DNA from: an uncultured Methanosarcinales archaeon
GTDB taxonomy: Archaea > Nanobdellota > Nanobdellia > Woesearchaeales > CAZYIM01
Direction: 5' to 3'
NCBI GenBank assembly: GCA_964647565.1
Contig: CAZYIM010000033.1
Location: 1-31,490, forward strand
DNA: 31,490 nt
The position numbers and the translations under genes were made by a program. This document shows positions 1 to 8,990 of this stretch, one piece after another. Positions within the stretch are counted from its first letter, which is position 1. The number at the start of each line of letters is the position of its first letter. The notes under the pieces are model-generated. The model was not told the origin of the DNA, did no database searches, and was given only the letters and a program-made list of their open reading frames with translations.

Positions 1-26
1 ATAAACAGAGTAGATAGGAGGTAATA

Positions 27-1973
27 ATGATGATGTTTACACCACAACAGGAAGCGGCTCAGATGTTTGTTGCAGAGCAGGCAGCTGAAGTTCGGGTTTT
101 GGATGATCTTGCAGGTCATAATGTGTCTTCTGGATTGACTTTTGATAGTTCTGATGAGGGTTTGAAGAGTTTGTTGGATCGGTCTTTGGAGCAGTATAAG
201 TTGGGTGAATTTGAGCTAGCAAAGAAAGCTGCTCAGAATCTTATTAATGAGGCTGGTCGTCAGAGTGATAAACAGATGCTTGTCAAGGCAGAGTATCAGC
301 TTATTAAGGCCAATGCCAGGCTTGGGGAATTAAATACTGCGATGCTGGACAGGATTTTCATCCATAAGAAACAACTTGATGACCAGAGCCATCTTGGAGA
401 ACTCTATTTTCTGAGTGCTGAGCTTTGGGCTGATAAAGGAAATAATGATAAGGCGAAAGAATATTTAGGCAAAGCCAAGCGGCACATACCTGAATTTTCA
501 GCATGGTATGATGACGTGCTTTTCCTTGAGACCAGGATCCGCAAGAGCTGGAAGAGTAATCTTAAGAAGCATAAAAAGATTCTTATTAAATATGCCTCTG
601 GTGGAAAAGGAGATTATGTGCTTTCTAAGGCTGAAAAACAATCTTTATTTGAGGAATACAAAAAATATTCTTATAAAGGTCAATGGGATATTTTTAGTAA
701 TTTTTCTAAGTATCAGCTTGGCAGTATTAAGGAGATTAGGAATATTGCATTAATACTTGAAGAAAAAAACAAGATTGATGCTGCTGTTAATCTTTATGAA
801 TGGGTCGTTGACCATACGGGCGATTCGGATCTTTTAAATAAATATCAGAGAACCTGGGCATGGAATAGGCTTAGTTTGTTAAAGGATGCGTCTTTAAAAG
901 CGTTAGGTAAAAAGGTGTGGGAGTTGGGATTTTCACCTTTGTCAGTTTCTACTAATTCAGATAATCAAAGAAATTTTAAAGTAATTAATTTACCTGGCAA
1001 GTTTGGCAAAGACAGCTATTGGTTTGAGATTGGCCCTGAAGAGTGGGATTCTAAGATGTCAGAAGTTAAGTATGATATTTTTAAGTCTGGAGGCAGCTTT
1101 ATGACTATTGGCCAGCCTATTTCGAGGTTCTGGCCTGTTGAACTGGACTTTAAGATGGGTGAAGCTTTTGTGCCTAAAAAAGCAGGAGTGCCGCTTTATC
1201 AAAGCTATACTGAGACACTATCTACTAAGGTGAGGGTTAAGGCTGATGGATTTTATTTTGAGGTTGGTAATATTTTTGGAGGTAATACTGACAGCTGGTC
1301 TATAAACTATTGGAGTTATCCAGGTGGTCCTGAAATTAAGAGTGTTGGAGATCTTGACATGGATAAGATAGATCAGAAGTATCTTGATTTCATTGACCAG
1401 ATCGACAATCAGTTTCTTAATACCTCACATGCTTATCACTATAGAAGTATAGATACATTTCATTATACTGATGATGAATCAGTGTCTAAAAGAGAGTTAG
1501 GCTTTGGTATATATAATAAAGGTGTTAATGATTATCTTGATTATCTTGGATTTAGTGTAAAGAGATATGCCTATAAAGGTTATTTTGGGATTTATGATGA
1601 CCCGCAGCTTGATGATCAGAAATATAATGAGAATGGCGATATACAAGTCAAGTTCGGTGGAGAGAACTATTCGCTTTGGATCAACGGCCAGTTTGATTTT
1701 ATTGACAGTAAAAAATGCGATCTGGGTGTCTTATTTGAAACAACTCTCAAGGAATGGGAGACCAAGCCTGAAGAATATAAAGGAATTGGTGATTATTATG
1801 ACGCCAACAGGCTGAAAGGCAGAGTGATGCTTGACCTGCAGTACAAGCTGAAGCTTGGTTCAAAATCAGATTTGCTAGCAAGATATCTTTTGTCTGCTGA
1901 GATGGACGGAAAAAACGATGTTTTTTTCAAGTCCATGCTGAACTTTGATTTTTTGATTAAAGGAAAACAGTAA
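27..1973 (+). CDS. Hypothetical protein, TPR-like helical N-terminal half and aromatic beta-rich C-terminal half
   Basis: 648-aa ORF with GGAGG SD just upstream. TPR-like helices (YKLGEFELAKKAAQNL; AELWADKGNNDKAKEYLGKA; KIDAAVNLYEWVV). Confidence 0.75.
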   Translation: MMMFTPQQEAAQMFVAEQAAEVRVLDDLAGHNVSSGLTFDSSDEGLKSLLDRSLEQYKLGEFELAKKAAQNLINEAGRQSDKQMLVKAEYQLIKANARLGELNTAMLDRIFIHKKQLDDQSHLGELYFLSAELWADKGNNDKAKEYLGKAKRHIPEFSAWYDDVLFLETRIRKSWKSNLKKHKKILIKYASGGKGDYVLSKAEKQSLFEEYKKYSYKGQWDIFSNFSKYQLGSIKEIRNIALILEEKNKIDAAVNLYEWVVDHTGDSDLLNKYQRTWAWNRLSLLKDASLKALGKKVWELGFSPLSVSTNSDNQRNFKVINLPGKFGKDSYWFEIGPEEWDSKMSEVKYDIFKSGGSFMTIGQPISRFWPVELDFKMGEAFVPKKAGVPLYQSYTETLSTKVRVKADGFYFEVGNIFGGNTDSWSINYWSYPGGPEIKSVGDLDMDKIDQKYLDFIDQIDNQFLNTSHAYHYRSIDTFHYTDDESVSKRELGFGIYNKGVNDYLDYLGFSVKRYAYKGYFGIYDDPQLDDQKYNENGDIQVKFGGENYSLWINGQFDFIDSKKCDLGVLFETTLKEWETKPEEYKGIGDYYDANRLKGRVMLDLQYKLKLGSKSDLLARYLLSAEMDGKNDVFFKSMLNFDFLIKGKQ

Positions 1974-1995
1974 GTATTTATGGAGGAAATAACAA

Positions 1996-2448
1996 ATGAA
2001 ACTATTGGAACCAGAACTACAAAACAAGTTGGAAACAACTATAAAAGGCCTGTTTAGGAGGTCTAGTTATATGTTTTTTATTGCAGGAAGCCAACATGAA
2101 GTTATAGAGTATCTTAATAAGGCTTACTCTGAAATACATGCAGAGCCGCCTAAGTTGCTCGGATTTGAGTGGAGCAAAGAAAATCCTGATGGTAATGAAA
2201 ATATTAATTGCTATGTCCTTATTAAAGAGAAAACTGTTGAACAGAAAAAAAAGGACATAAAAGTTAATGATCCTGATTTTTCCATAAGTATAAACTCCAA
2301 AGAGGATCATGAGATTTTGTTAAGAATTGAGCTTGATAGATGTACAGATGTGGGTGCTTTCACAAATTTTTACAGATCCAACTATCTATTGGCCAACAAA
2401 TTGACACAGTATTGCAGGGAAGATGCCAAGCAAGAGGTCCAAAAGTAA
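1996..2448 (+). CDS. Hypothetical protein
   Basis: 150-aa ORF with a GGAGG SD about 10 nt upstream, co-oriented with its neighbours. Confidence 0.7.
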   Translation: MKLLEPELQNKLETTIKGLFRRSSYMFFIAGSQHEVIEYLNKAYSEIHAEPPKLLGFEWSKENPDGNENINCYVLIKEKTVEQKKKDIKVNDPDFSISINSKEDHEILLRIELDRCTDVGAFTNFYRSNYLLANKLTQYCREDAKQEVQK

Positions 2449-2535
2449 TTTCACCATCTTCGAGGGGTGAACCCCGCAATATTTATAAAGCCGATAGTAT
2501 TACTTTTCTTTATTATTTATTGACCAGGTGGTACT

Positions 2536-4173
2536 ATGAAATTTGGAAAATCATTGTTATTGTTATTAACAGGACTTTCTGTGTCCTTTCTAAACAGATG
2601 CAGCTCTCCAACTCATGGATTGGAGTATAATTTTAAAAAGAACAAGCAGTATGCTCATACTGAACTAGAAGCAGAATCCAAGAGCCTGCATAGGACAACG
2701 CCCTACAGGACCAGCATACAGGAATTCTGGGCCAAGAGAGCATCTTTCTTAAGCAAATTGAAGAATCATTACGCTGCTCTTCCTGACACAGCCAATCATG
2801 AGACTCTGGCAGAGATTGCAGATAAAGCATGGGAATATCATGATGCTGAAGCCTGGGGTCAGCATTCGTCGCATGTAGCTGTAAAGAGCAATAATCTCCA
2901 GCATGTTATTTCAGATAAAACTGGTGAACCTTTATGCATGGCAACCCTTATGAACCTGCAAGGCAACAATAAAGGTGATGAGGATAAGTTGCATTTTGCT
3001 TATAATTTGGATAAAGAGGGAAGAAGATTCTATATTGAATCATTCATTGATATGGGCTCCTTGGAAACCTTTGGGCATGCAATGTGCTTTTCTAAGTACA
3101 ATACGAAAATGGATGAAAAACTTAGTGGAGCAGAAGCCAGGACTTTGGTCAATAAGGCAATCGCAGCCTATCAGAATGATAGAATCAGATCAGAAGAGTT
3201 GGCCATCATTGAGGATATCGAGAAATTTGTCAAGAGACAAAAAATAGAAAATGAAGATCAGATAACTCACTGGGAAAGATTAAAATTTGACTTGGAACAA
3301 AGGGCAGGTTATAAGATGCTTAGCGATCTTGGTATTGTTATAGATGACACGTCTGCTAACAAAAGGTTTAAAGCTTTGATTGAATTGGAAAAATCTGTCG
3401 ACATAATACCTTCTGAATGGTATAAACTTGTTTCAGGCAAATCTAATCCTAAAAAACCTTTTGGTGGAGAGTTAATAGTTAATGAGGATCTTGAAGATGT
3501 GGCTGTGTGGGTAAAAATCATTAATAGTACTAATAATACAAGAGATGCTGATATCAACTTTGGAATTTCAGCTGCTGACTCACTCTTGAATTATCTAAAA
3601 TCCGAGATTGATTCAGCTCCACAAATTAAAGCACAAATAATTGCAACAATTGATTTATTTTCTAATAGTAAGTCGTTCTTTGAGTTTGTAGACTATAAAG
3701 GCAACCCAGTCACAATAAATGGTTATTCATCAGATGATGAAAGTGTGCCAGTCTCACATAAGAGGTTTTTGACTGAAGTTTACAATCATGGTGCAAACGA
3801 TAAAGGTCTAGTTGATAATCTGGTTTTTATAACAGGTTATTCTGCACAGAAATACGAGGGTGTATCTGGGGAATCTGAGTTTCTGATTGATTTTAAAGCA
3901 ACATATTATTTTAATAAAGAGGTGGATTTGGAACTTGAGTATAACATGCTCTTGGACAAGCCAGGCAATGGAAACAAAGACTTAAGAGTACAGTTGGCCA
4001 TACCTGCATTAACATCCGAACAGCAAAAAAGGTTTGTCTATAATCTTATTGAGTCTGCTTATCAGCAAAATATCACACAGACACAACATACCCTGGCTGA
4101 TTTTAAAAACAAGGCGATGGAAACCCAAGCTACCAAAGATCATATGAGAAAGATCATCAATATTCTTGAATAA
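2536..4173 (+). CDS. Hypothetical secreted/lipoprotein-like protein
   Basis: 545 aa. Basic-hydrophobic N-terminus ending LNRC. TATA-like TTTATAAA near 2482 and AGGTGG SD. Confidence 0.75.
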   Translation: MKFGKSLLLLLTGLSVSFLNRCSSPTHGLEYNFKKNKQYAHTELEAESKSLHRTTPYRTSIQEFWAKRASFLSKLKNHYAALPDTANHETLAEIADKAWEYHDAEAWGQHSSHVAVKSNNLQHVISDKTGEPLCMATLMNLQGNNKGDEDKLHFAYNLDKEGRRFYIESFIDMGSLETFGHAMCFSKYNTKMDEKLSGAEARTLVNKAIAAYQNDRIRSEELAIIEDIEKFVKRQKIENEDQITHWERLKFDLEQRAGYKMLSDLGIVIDDTSANKRFKALIELEKSVDIIPSEWYKLVSGKSNPKKPFGGELIVNEDLEDVAVWVKIINSTNNTRDADINFGISAADSLLNYLKSEIDSAPQIKAQIIATIDLFSNSKSFFEFVDYKGNPVTINGYSSDDESVPVSHKRFLTEVYNHGANDKGLVDNLVFITGYSAQKYEGVSGESEFLIDFKATYYFNKEVDLELEYNMLLDKPGNGNKDLRVQLAIPALTSEQQKRFVYNLIESAYQQNITQTQHTLADFKNKAMETQATKDHMRKIINILE

Positions 4174-4182
4174 GGTGAACTT

Positions 4183-5865
4183 ATGAAAAAATATATTGCG
4201 CCGCTTGTTTTGTTGGGAGGTATTGTTGCTTCGTATTTTTCAGGCTGTGGTAATATTAATAATAGTCATGGTAACGAATACAAACCAATCATTGAGAGGC
4301 AAAACCAAAGACGTGCTCTTAAGGTTGAGTTGGGAACGCTGAATACTGTGCCTAAGGCCAGGGATGATATCTTCATAGGATCTACACCTGAGCCAGAGAA
4401 GAATATCCTGGAGAAGATGCAGAATAATATTTCAATTTTGCAGAAGAATAATGATTTCTACACATCTGTTCCAGATTCATTACATGAGATCAGTGTTGAT
4501 GAGATGATTAGTTTCTTAATAGAAAATGGAAGGAGAATGCCTCCTGCTGGATTAATATATACCTATAATTTAAAGGATTCAAATGCTGTTAATATTGGTA
4601 CTATCAACATGTATGATTATAGACCTAACAATCAGGATTATAAGGATCATCTTAATCTTGACTCAAGACTGATTGTGGAAGATGATAGATATATAATTAA
4701 TGTTAATATTGGTTCGGATTCATTGCAGCTTTCAGGAGATATCTGGAATAATAGGACTGATCAAAAAGACTTCCTGCCATATCAGGATTGCAAGATAATC
4801 GCTGATAAGTTTTTCAGGGAATTTAAGGCCATGTTGTTGCGTAAGAATGTTGATGGTCGGCAGAGCCAATTGGACAAATGCCTGCAAATATTCAACAATT
4901 GGAAAGGGATGTATGATAGATATGGAGCGATGAAAGACAACCTTCAAGCTCACGTGCAAAATGAGTTCTTATCTAATTTCCATATTGACAGTACGGCTGT
5001 TCTTCCAGAAAATATCAGCAGCTTTTATTCTTCCAAATTGGTCAGAGAAGATTTTTCCAACTGGTTTCAAGCTATTGATAATGCCAAAACAGTTAAGGTT
5101 GATACAAGCCAGAAAACAATCAATATTCTTAGAGATGGTAGGGATGCTGCTTCATATCTTGAGAAGAAGTTCTGGTCGGCGATGAATGCAACTGGAAATG
5201 ACTCTGCAGTATGTTTCCATAAGATACAGTTACTCTATGATTATGTCTCCTCAAAAGGAGAGTTGGTGACATCGATATCTAAAATGGGACGGCCTGGTTC
5301 AAGCATAAAAAAGGTTTCAAACAAGGCTCATAAGGTCTTTGTCAGCGATAGCTTGAGGACTGATTTTTTGTCCTGTTTCGAGATCAGATTCAATTATTCA
5401 ACTGATATGCTGAGTACTAAACCTGAGGGACTTACCTTTAGTTCCAATATCGAAAATTCAGCATATGGCCTTGAATATTGGGTGAGATACCAGGCTCACT
5501 TTCCCTTATCTGGAAAGAAAAAGATCGAGTTTGACAACCAGATAAGGTTTAGGCCAGAAGAGATTATTGACGCAAAGATTGAGCCTTCCATTGTACAAAA
5601 ACCTCTCGAAATAGTTCTTGATCAAAAGCAGCAGGACATAATGGTGGTAAACCATCTGGATGCTGCAATTGAGATAATCAGGAGTGACCTCTATAACAGT
5701 TTCTTGCAGTTCATGAACACAGAGATCAAGTCTGGTCTGATAAGGGAGGACGCCCTGGTTGGGATTCGTAAGGAACAGGCACGCAAGGCTAAAGAACAGG
5801 CTCAGAAGGATATTGAGGGTAAGAAGAGACGTAAGAAAGTGCTTGATCGCTTCAAGAAGAAATAA
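4183..5865 (+). CDS. Hypothetical lipoprotein-like protein
   Basis: 560 aa. Signal peptide with lipobox-like FSGC; AGGTGA SD; 9-nt gap from the previous gene. Confidence 0.75.
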   Translation: MKKYIAPLVLLGGIVASYFSGCGNINNSHGNEYKPIIERQNQRRALKVELGTLNTVPKARDDIFIGSTPEPEKNILEKMQNNISILQKNNDFYTSVPDSLHEISVDEMISFLIENGRRMPPAGLIYTYNLKDSNAVNIGTINMYDYRPNNQDYKDHLNLDSRLIVEDDRYIINVNIGSDSLQLSGDIWNNRTDQKDFLPYQDCKIIADKFFREFKAMLLRKNVDGRQSQLDKCLQIFNNWKGMYDRYGAMKDNLQAHVQNEFLSNFHIDSTAVLPENISSFYSSKLVREDFSNWFQAIDNAKTVKVDTSQKTINILRDGRDAASYLEKKFWSAMNATGNDSAVCFHKIQLLYDYVSSKGELVTSISKMGRPGSSIKKVSNKAHKVFVSDSLRTDFLSCFEIRFNYSTDMLSTKPEGLTFSSNIENSAYGLEYWVRYQAHFPLSGKKKIEFDNQIRFRPEEIIDAKIEPSIVQKPLEIVLDQKQQDIMVVNHLDAAIEIIRSDLYNSFLQFMNTEIKSGLIREDALVGIRKEQARKAKEQAQKDIEGKKRRKKVLDRFKKK

Positions 5866-5866
5866 G

Positions 5867-6223
5867 TCACTTCTTATATCTGAATTTCTTATTGTATTCT
5901 TTATGATTAAAAATTTCGATTACAAAGCAGATTATCTCGATCTGGTCTCCTTTGATGGTATAGAGCATTCTCCAATGGTTGGATAATTTGACACGCCAAA
6001 GGTTGTTTACTTGATATTCTTCAGGAATCTTCTTTTTTTCAATTTGAGTGCCGTAGAAAGGATTGGATTTCATGAAAGATACTTTTTGCCTGATTGAATT
6101 CATTAATTGTATTTCCTTACTTTTTTTAATACCTTTTTCCTGTTGTTGGGATACCTTTTCTTTTAGATATGTGAATATAATTTTTGCTTGGCCAATAGCT
6201 TCAATTTTGACTGATTTTATCAT
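5867..6223 (-). CDS. RelE/ParE-superfamily toxin-like protein
   Basis: 118-aa basic protein with NPFYG...LWRVKLSNHWRMLYTI...VIEIFNHKEY, the RelE-type beta-sheet signature. Confidence 0.65.
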   Translation of the reverse strand: MIKSVKIEAIGQAKIIFTYLKEKVSQQQEKGIKKSKEIQLMNSIRQKVSFMKSNPFYGTQIEKKKIPEEYQVNNLWRVKLSNHWRMLYTIKGDQIEIICFVIEIFNHKEYNKKFRYKK

Positions 6224-6284
6224 TACTTGATTTATTAGAAACTGGTTAATAAAAATAACCTAATAGTTTTTGGAAAGAATCCGT

Positions 6285-6560
6285 TTACATCTCTATGCCT
6301 TCCCTTTTCAGTCTTTCCAATTCCTCTCTTGGAGTGTAGATCCATAGAATACCCTTGGTACCGATCAGTATCTTTCCGCTGATCTGCAGATAGTCCAGGA
6401 TCTGGATTAATGTCTGGTGCATCACTTTTTTGGGCAATGTTTTTTTTAGTTTTGCGAGAGTGATTAGGTCTGTATTTTTCAAAGTATCTTCAACCATTAC
6501 AATAGTCTTAAGAGTTGGAGAATGCTGAGATTTTTTCAATAGTTGTGCTGTTTTTGTCAT
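6285..6560 (-). CDS. Small winged-HTH protein, putative antitoxin/regulator of the RelE-like gene
   Basis: wHTH-like pattern (TLAKLKKTLP...TLIQILDYLQISGKILIG) directly upstream of the toxin-like gene. ATG at 6560 preferred over TTG at 6572 because a TATAAATA box lies at 6588-6581. Confidence 0.6.
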   Translation of the reverse strand: MTKTAQLLKKSQHSPTLKTIVMVEDTLKNTDLITLAKLKKTLPKKVMHQTLIQILDYLQISGKILIGTKGILWIYTPREELERLKREGIEM

Positions 6561-6571
6561 TTTTATACTCA

Positions 6572-6608
6572 ATTAATATATATTTATATCTGATGAGTAT
6601 ATATTAAT
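6572..6608. promoter_or_regulatory. Inverted repeat overlapping the TATA box of the wHTH/RelE operon, putative operator
   Basis: ATTAATATATA (6572-6582) and TATATATTAAT (6598-6608) form a perfect 11-bp inverted repeat. It is AT-only, so chance is possible. Confidence 0.4.
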
Positions 6609-6637
6609 ATTTAAATGTTTAGTTTTTTGCAAGAGAA

Positions 6638-7420
6638 TTATTTTTTCCTTTCTTTTTTCACTGAGCTGCCTGGAGGTAGAATTCTGATGATGTCATCAAG
6701 ATTTCCACCTAGTTTGGCTCTGATCTTCTTGCCGATATCGCTGCTTTTCTCGTCACCCTGTACAATCTCAATGAACTCCTTGCAATGCTTCTTTATGGCT
6801 AAAAGAGGCCCTCCCATGATCATCTTTTTGTAGACTCCGACTGCAAAATTCATCTCAGCAGACAGGTAAGTAGTCTTGCCCTTGATGATAAAGGCGCCTT
6901 TAGTCAAATATTCGCCAGAAGGAGCATCCTTGGTCACCTGGTCAGGATTCACATGGAAAACTTCGATGCTAGCCATACCTCTTTTCCAGGCTCTGGAATA
7001 TGCAGCTTCAAACTCTGCAGCCTCCTGTAGTGTTTTTTTTGGGATCTTTTTGCCGTTGGCTTTGATTACAATAAATGGTGAGCCCGCCATATCAGTATGA
7101 AACACAAGATCGCCTTCATCAGCATACTTCTTGATGATGATCTCGTTGGTAGTCGCATCCCTGCCGCCAATCATCAGAAAACCATCTGAAGACCAGCACC
7201 ATCTGAACTTCTCGAACCATTCCCTTTTGACAATCTTCTCGGGTGTAGTATCCTCGACCTGGATGGCATCGACTCTTTTCTTTTCCTTCTCGTAATTAGC
7301 TTTGCTCTTTTCCAAAGCCTTGGTAGCACCCTTTACCTTTTTCTTGGCTTTTTTGGACTTTTCAAAATAGATAGCAGCATTCTGATCTACAGTCTTCCGG
7401 ATATCAAGTACGACACGCAT
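6638..7420 (-). CDS. NFACT-R (DUF814) RNA-binding domain protein; C-terminal part of the RqcH/Rqc2 family
   Basis: LDIRKTVDQNAAIYFEKSKKAKKK coiled coil, then REWFEKFRW..SSDGFLMIGGRDATTNE, VFHTD..GSP and QVTKDAPSGEYLTKGAFIIKGK. Confidence 0.9.
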   Translation of the reverse strand: MRVVLDIRKTVDQNAAIYFEKSKKAKKKVKGATKALEKSKANYEKEKKRVDAIQVEDTTPEKIVKREWFEKFRWCWSSDGFLMIGGRDATTNEIIIKKYADEGDLVFHTDMAGSPFIVIKANGKKIPKKTLQEAAEFEAAYSRAWKRGMASIEVFHVNPDQVTKDAPSGEYLTKGAFIIKGKTTYLSAEMNFAVGVYKKMIMGGPLLAIKKHCKEFIEIVQGDEKSSDIGKKIRAKLGGNLDDIIRILPPGSSVKKERKK

Positions 7421-7455
7421 AAGAATAAATAACCTAATCCCTTTTAAAAAGTTTG

Positions 7456-7725
7456 CTAGCTTTCTATCTTACAGGCAGGTACTTTGTCAAAATGGATGGA
7501 TTTCTCAAGGCAGAGAACCTCTTTTTCCTGCTGTAAGGCAATAGGGATGACCTTGTTCTCCATTTTACAAAGAGGCGTCTTTAGGGTGATGACTAAATCT
7601 TCGCAGCTTGCTTCCTCTTCCACCAGGCTTCTGCTCCAGTTCATGATCATTGCACCTAGAGCTACTGCAAAGGCTATCAATAGAACAGTCGCCACAATAG
7701 GCGAAATACCTCTTTTATTAATCAT
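7456..7725 (-). CDS. Archaeal type IV pilin/archaellin-like small protein
   Basis: Class III signal peptide KRG|ISPIVATVLLIAFAVALG; four Cys in a short head domain. Confidence 0.85.
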   Translation of the reverse strand: MINKRGISPIVATVLLIAFAVALGAMIMNWSRSLVEEEASCEDLVITLKTPLCKMENKVIPIALQQEKEVLCLEKSIHFDKVPACKIES

Positions 7726-7754
7726 AGAACTGATAAGAGAAATAAACGTATTTA

Positions 7755-7911
7755 AAGTTTTCGAAAACTAAAGTTCTCGAACTTCAGAAACAAACTGTTT
7801 CAGTAAGTTTTCGAAAACTAAAGTTTTTGAACTTCAGAAACATACTGTTTCAGTAAGTTTTCGAAAACTAAAGTTTTTGAACTTCAGAAACATACTGTTT
7901 CTGTAAGTTTT
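7755..7911. repeat. Tandem repeat, about 3.1 copies of a 50-bp unit built from palindromes
   Basis: Unit AAGTTTTCGAAAACTAAAGTT(C/T)T(C/T)GAACTTCAGAAACA(A/T)ACTGTTTC(A/T)GT starts at 7755, 7805 and 7855, with no spacers between copies. Confidence 0.95.
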
Positions 7912-8116
7912 GAAAAAGAAGATTAAAAATAAATTTAACATTTTAGTAAAAAAGCCCAGCAATCCTGATTGTAAGGCTGACTGTGTTGACAATCTTTGCA
8001 TTGAAGAGTGCTAATAAAATTCAGAATAAATAGATTATGTAAAACATCACTCTTTAAATAAAATCAAAATATTTATTAATAGAAGTAATTAAACATCTAC
8101 GAACGGGGGTGAATAT

Positions 8117-8863
8117 ATGGTAATTACATGGGTAATTCTAATAGTATTGGTCTTATTTGTACTTTCTGGATTGAAGACTGTTAATGAGTATGAGCGTGGT
8201 GTTAAATTCACTTTGGGCAGGTATTCTGGTGTTATGGGTCCTGGCTTGCGAGTTGTAATACCAATTCTCCAAACATGGAAACGGGTGGATATGAGGGTCA
8301 AGGCAGTAGATGTTCCTGATCAGGACTGCATGACCAAGGATAATATTTCTGTGAATGTCAATGCTGTAATATATTACAGGGTTTCAGATGCCAATAAGGC
8401 AATTATTGAGGTTGAGCACTTCAACTATGCGGTCAGCCAGTTGGCTCAGACTACTATGAGGAATATTGTGGGTGAAGTAGAGTTGGATGAGCTTCTTTCA
8501 CAGAGGGACAAAATATCACAGAAAATACAGATTATTGTTGATAAAGCCACTGATCCCTGGGGTATAAAGGTGCAGAATGTTGACCTTAAAGACGTGTTGC
8601 TTCCACAGGATATGAAGAGAGTCATCGGTAAGCAGGCAGAAGCAGAAAGAGAGAAGCGTTCTGTAATCATAAAAGCAGAGGGAGAGGTTATTGCAGCAAC
8701 TAACATGTCCAAGGCAGCTCATACACTAGCCAAGGCTGATGGAGCTCTACACTTGAGGACACTGCAGACCATCAATGATCTGAGTTCAGACCAGAGCAAT
8801 ACTATAATCTTCACTATGCCTCTAGAGCTATTGAGGGCATGGGGGAAGGTAAAAAATCTCTGA
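8117..8863 (+). CDS. SPFH/band 7 (stomatin/slipin) membrane protein
   Basis: N-terminal TM, then EYERGVKFTLG, QDCMTKDNISVNVNAV, AQTTMRNIVG, DPWGIKV and QAEAEREKR. GGGGTGA SD. Confidence 0.95.
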   Translation: MVITWVILIVLVLFVLSGLKTVNEYERGVKFTLGRYSGVMGPGLRVVIPILQTWKRVDMRVKAVDVPDQDCMTKDNISVNVNAVIYYRVSDANKAIIEVEHFNYAVSQLAQTTMRNIVGEVELDELLSQRDKISQKIQIIVDKATDPWGIKVQNVDLKDVLLPQDMKRVIGKQAEAEREKRSVIIKAEGEVIAATNMSKAAHTLAKADGALHLRTLQTINDLSSDQSNTIIFTMPLELLRAWGKVKNL

Positions 8864-8891
8864 TTTTTTTCTTTTTTTTCTTTTTTTTTTT
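8864..8891 (+). terminator. Oligo-T archaeal terminator after the SPFH gene
   Basis: Long T tracts immediately after the stop codon. Confidence 0.6.
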
Positions 8892-8990
8892 AAACGAGTA
8901 CTTCACACTCATTAAAAAATCAGCCAATTCTAGATTTGTTCCTAATAACATTTTGAAATGCAAACTATAAAAATTTCATTTCTATGTTAT

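Noticed and set aside
7755..7911. CRISPR array or replication origin
   Set aside because: Units are contiguous with no unique spacers, and there is no cas or cdc6/orc gene in the window.
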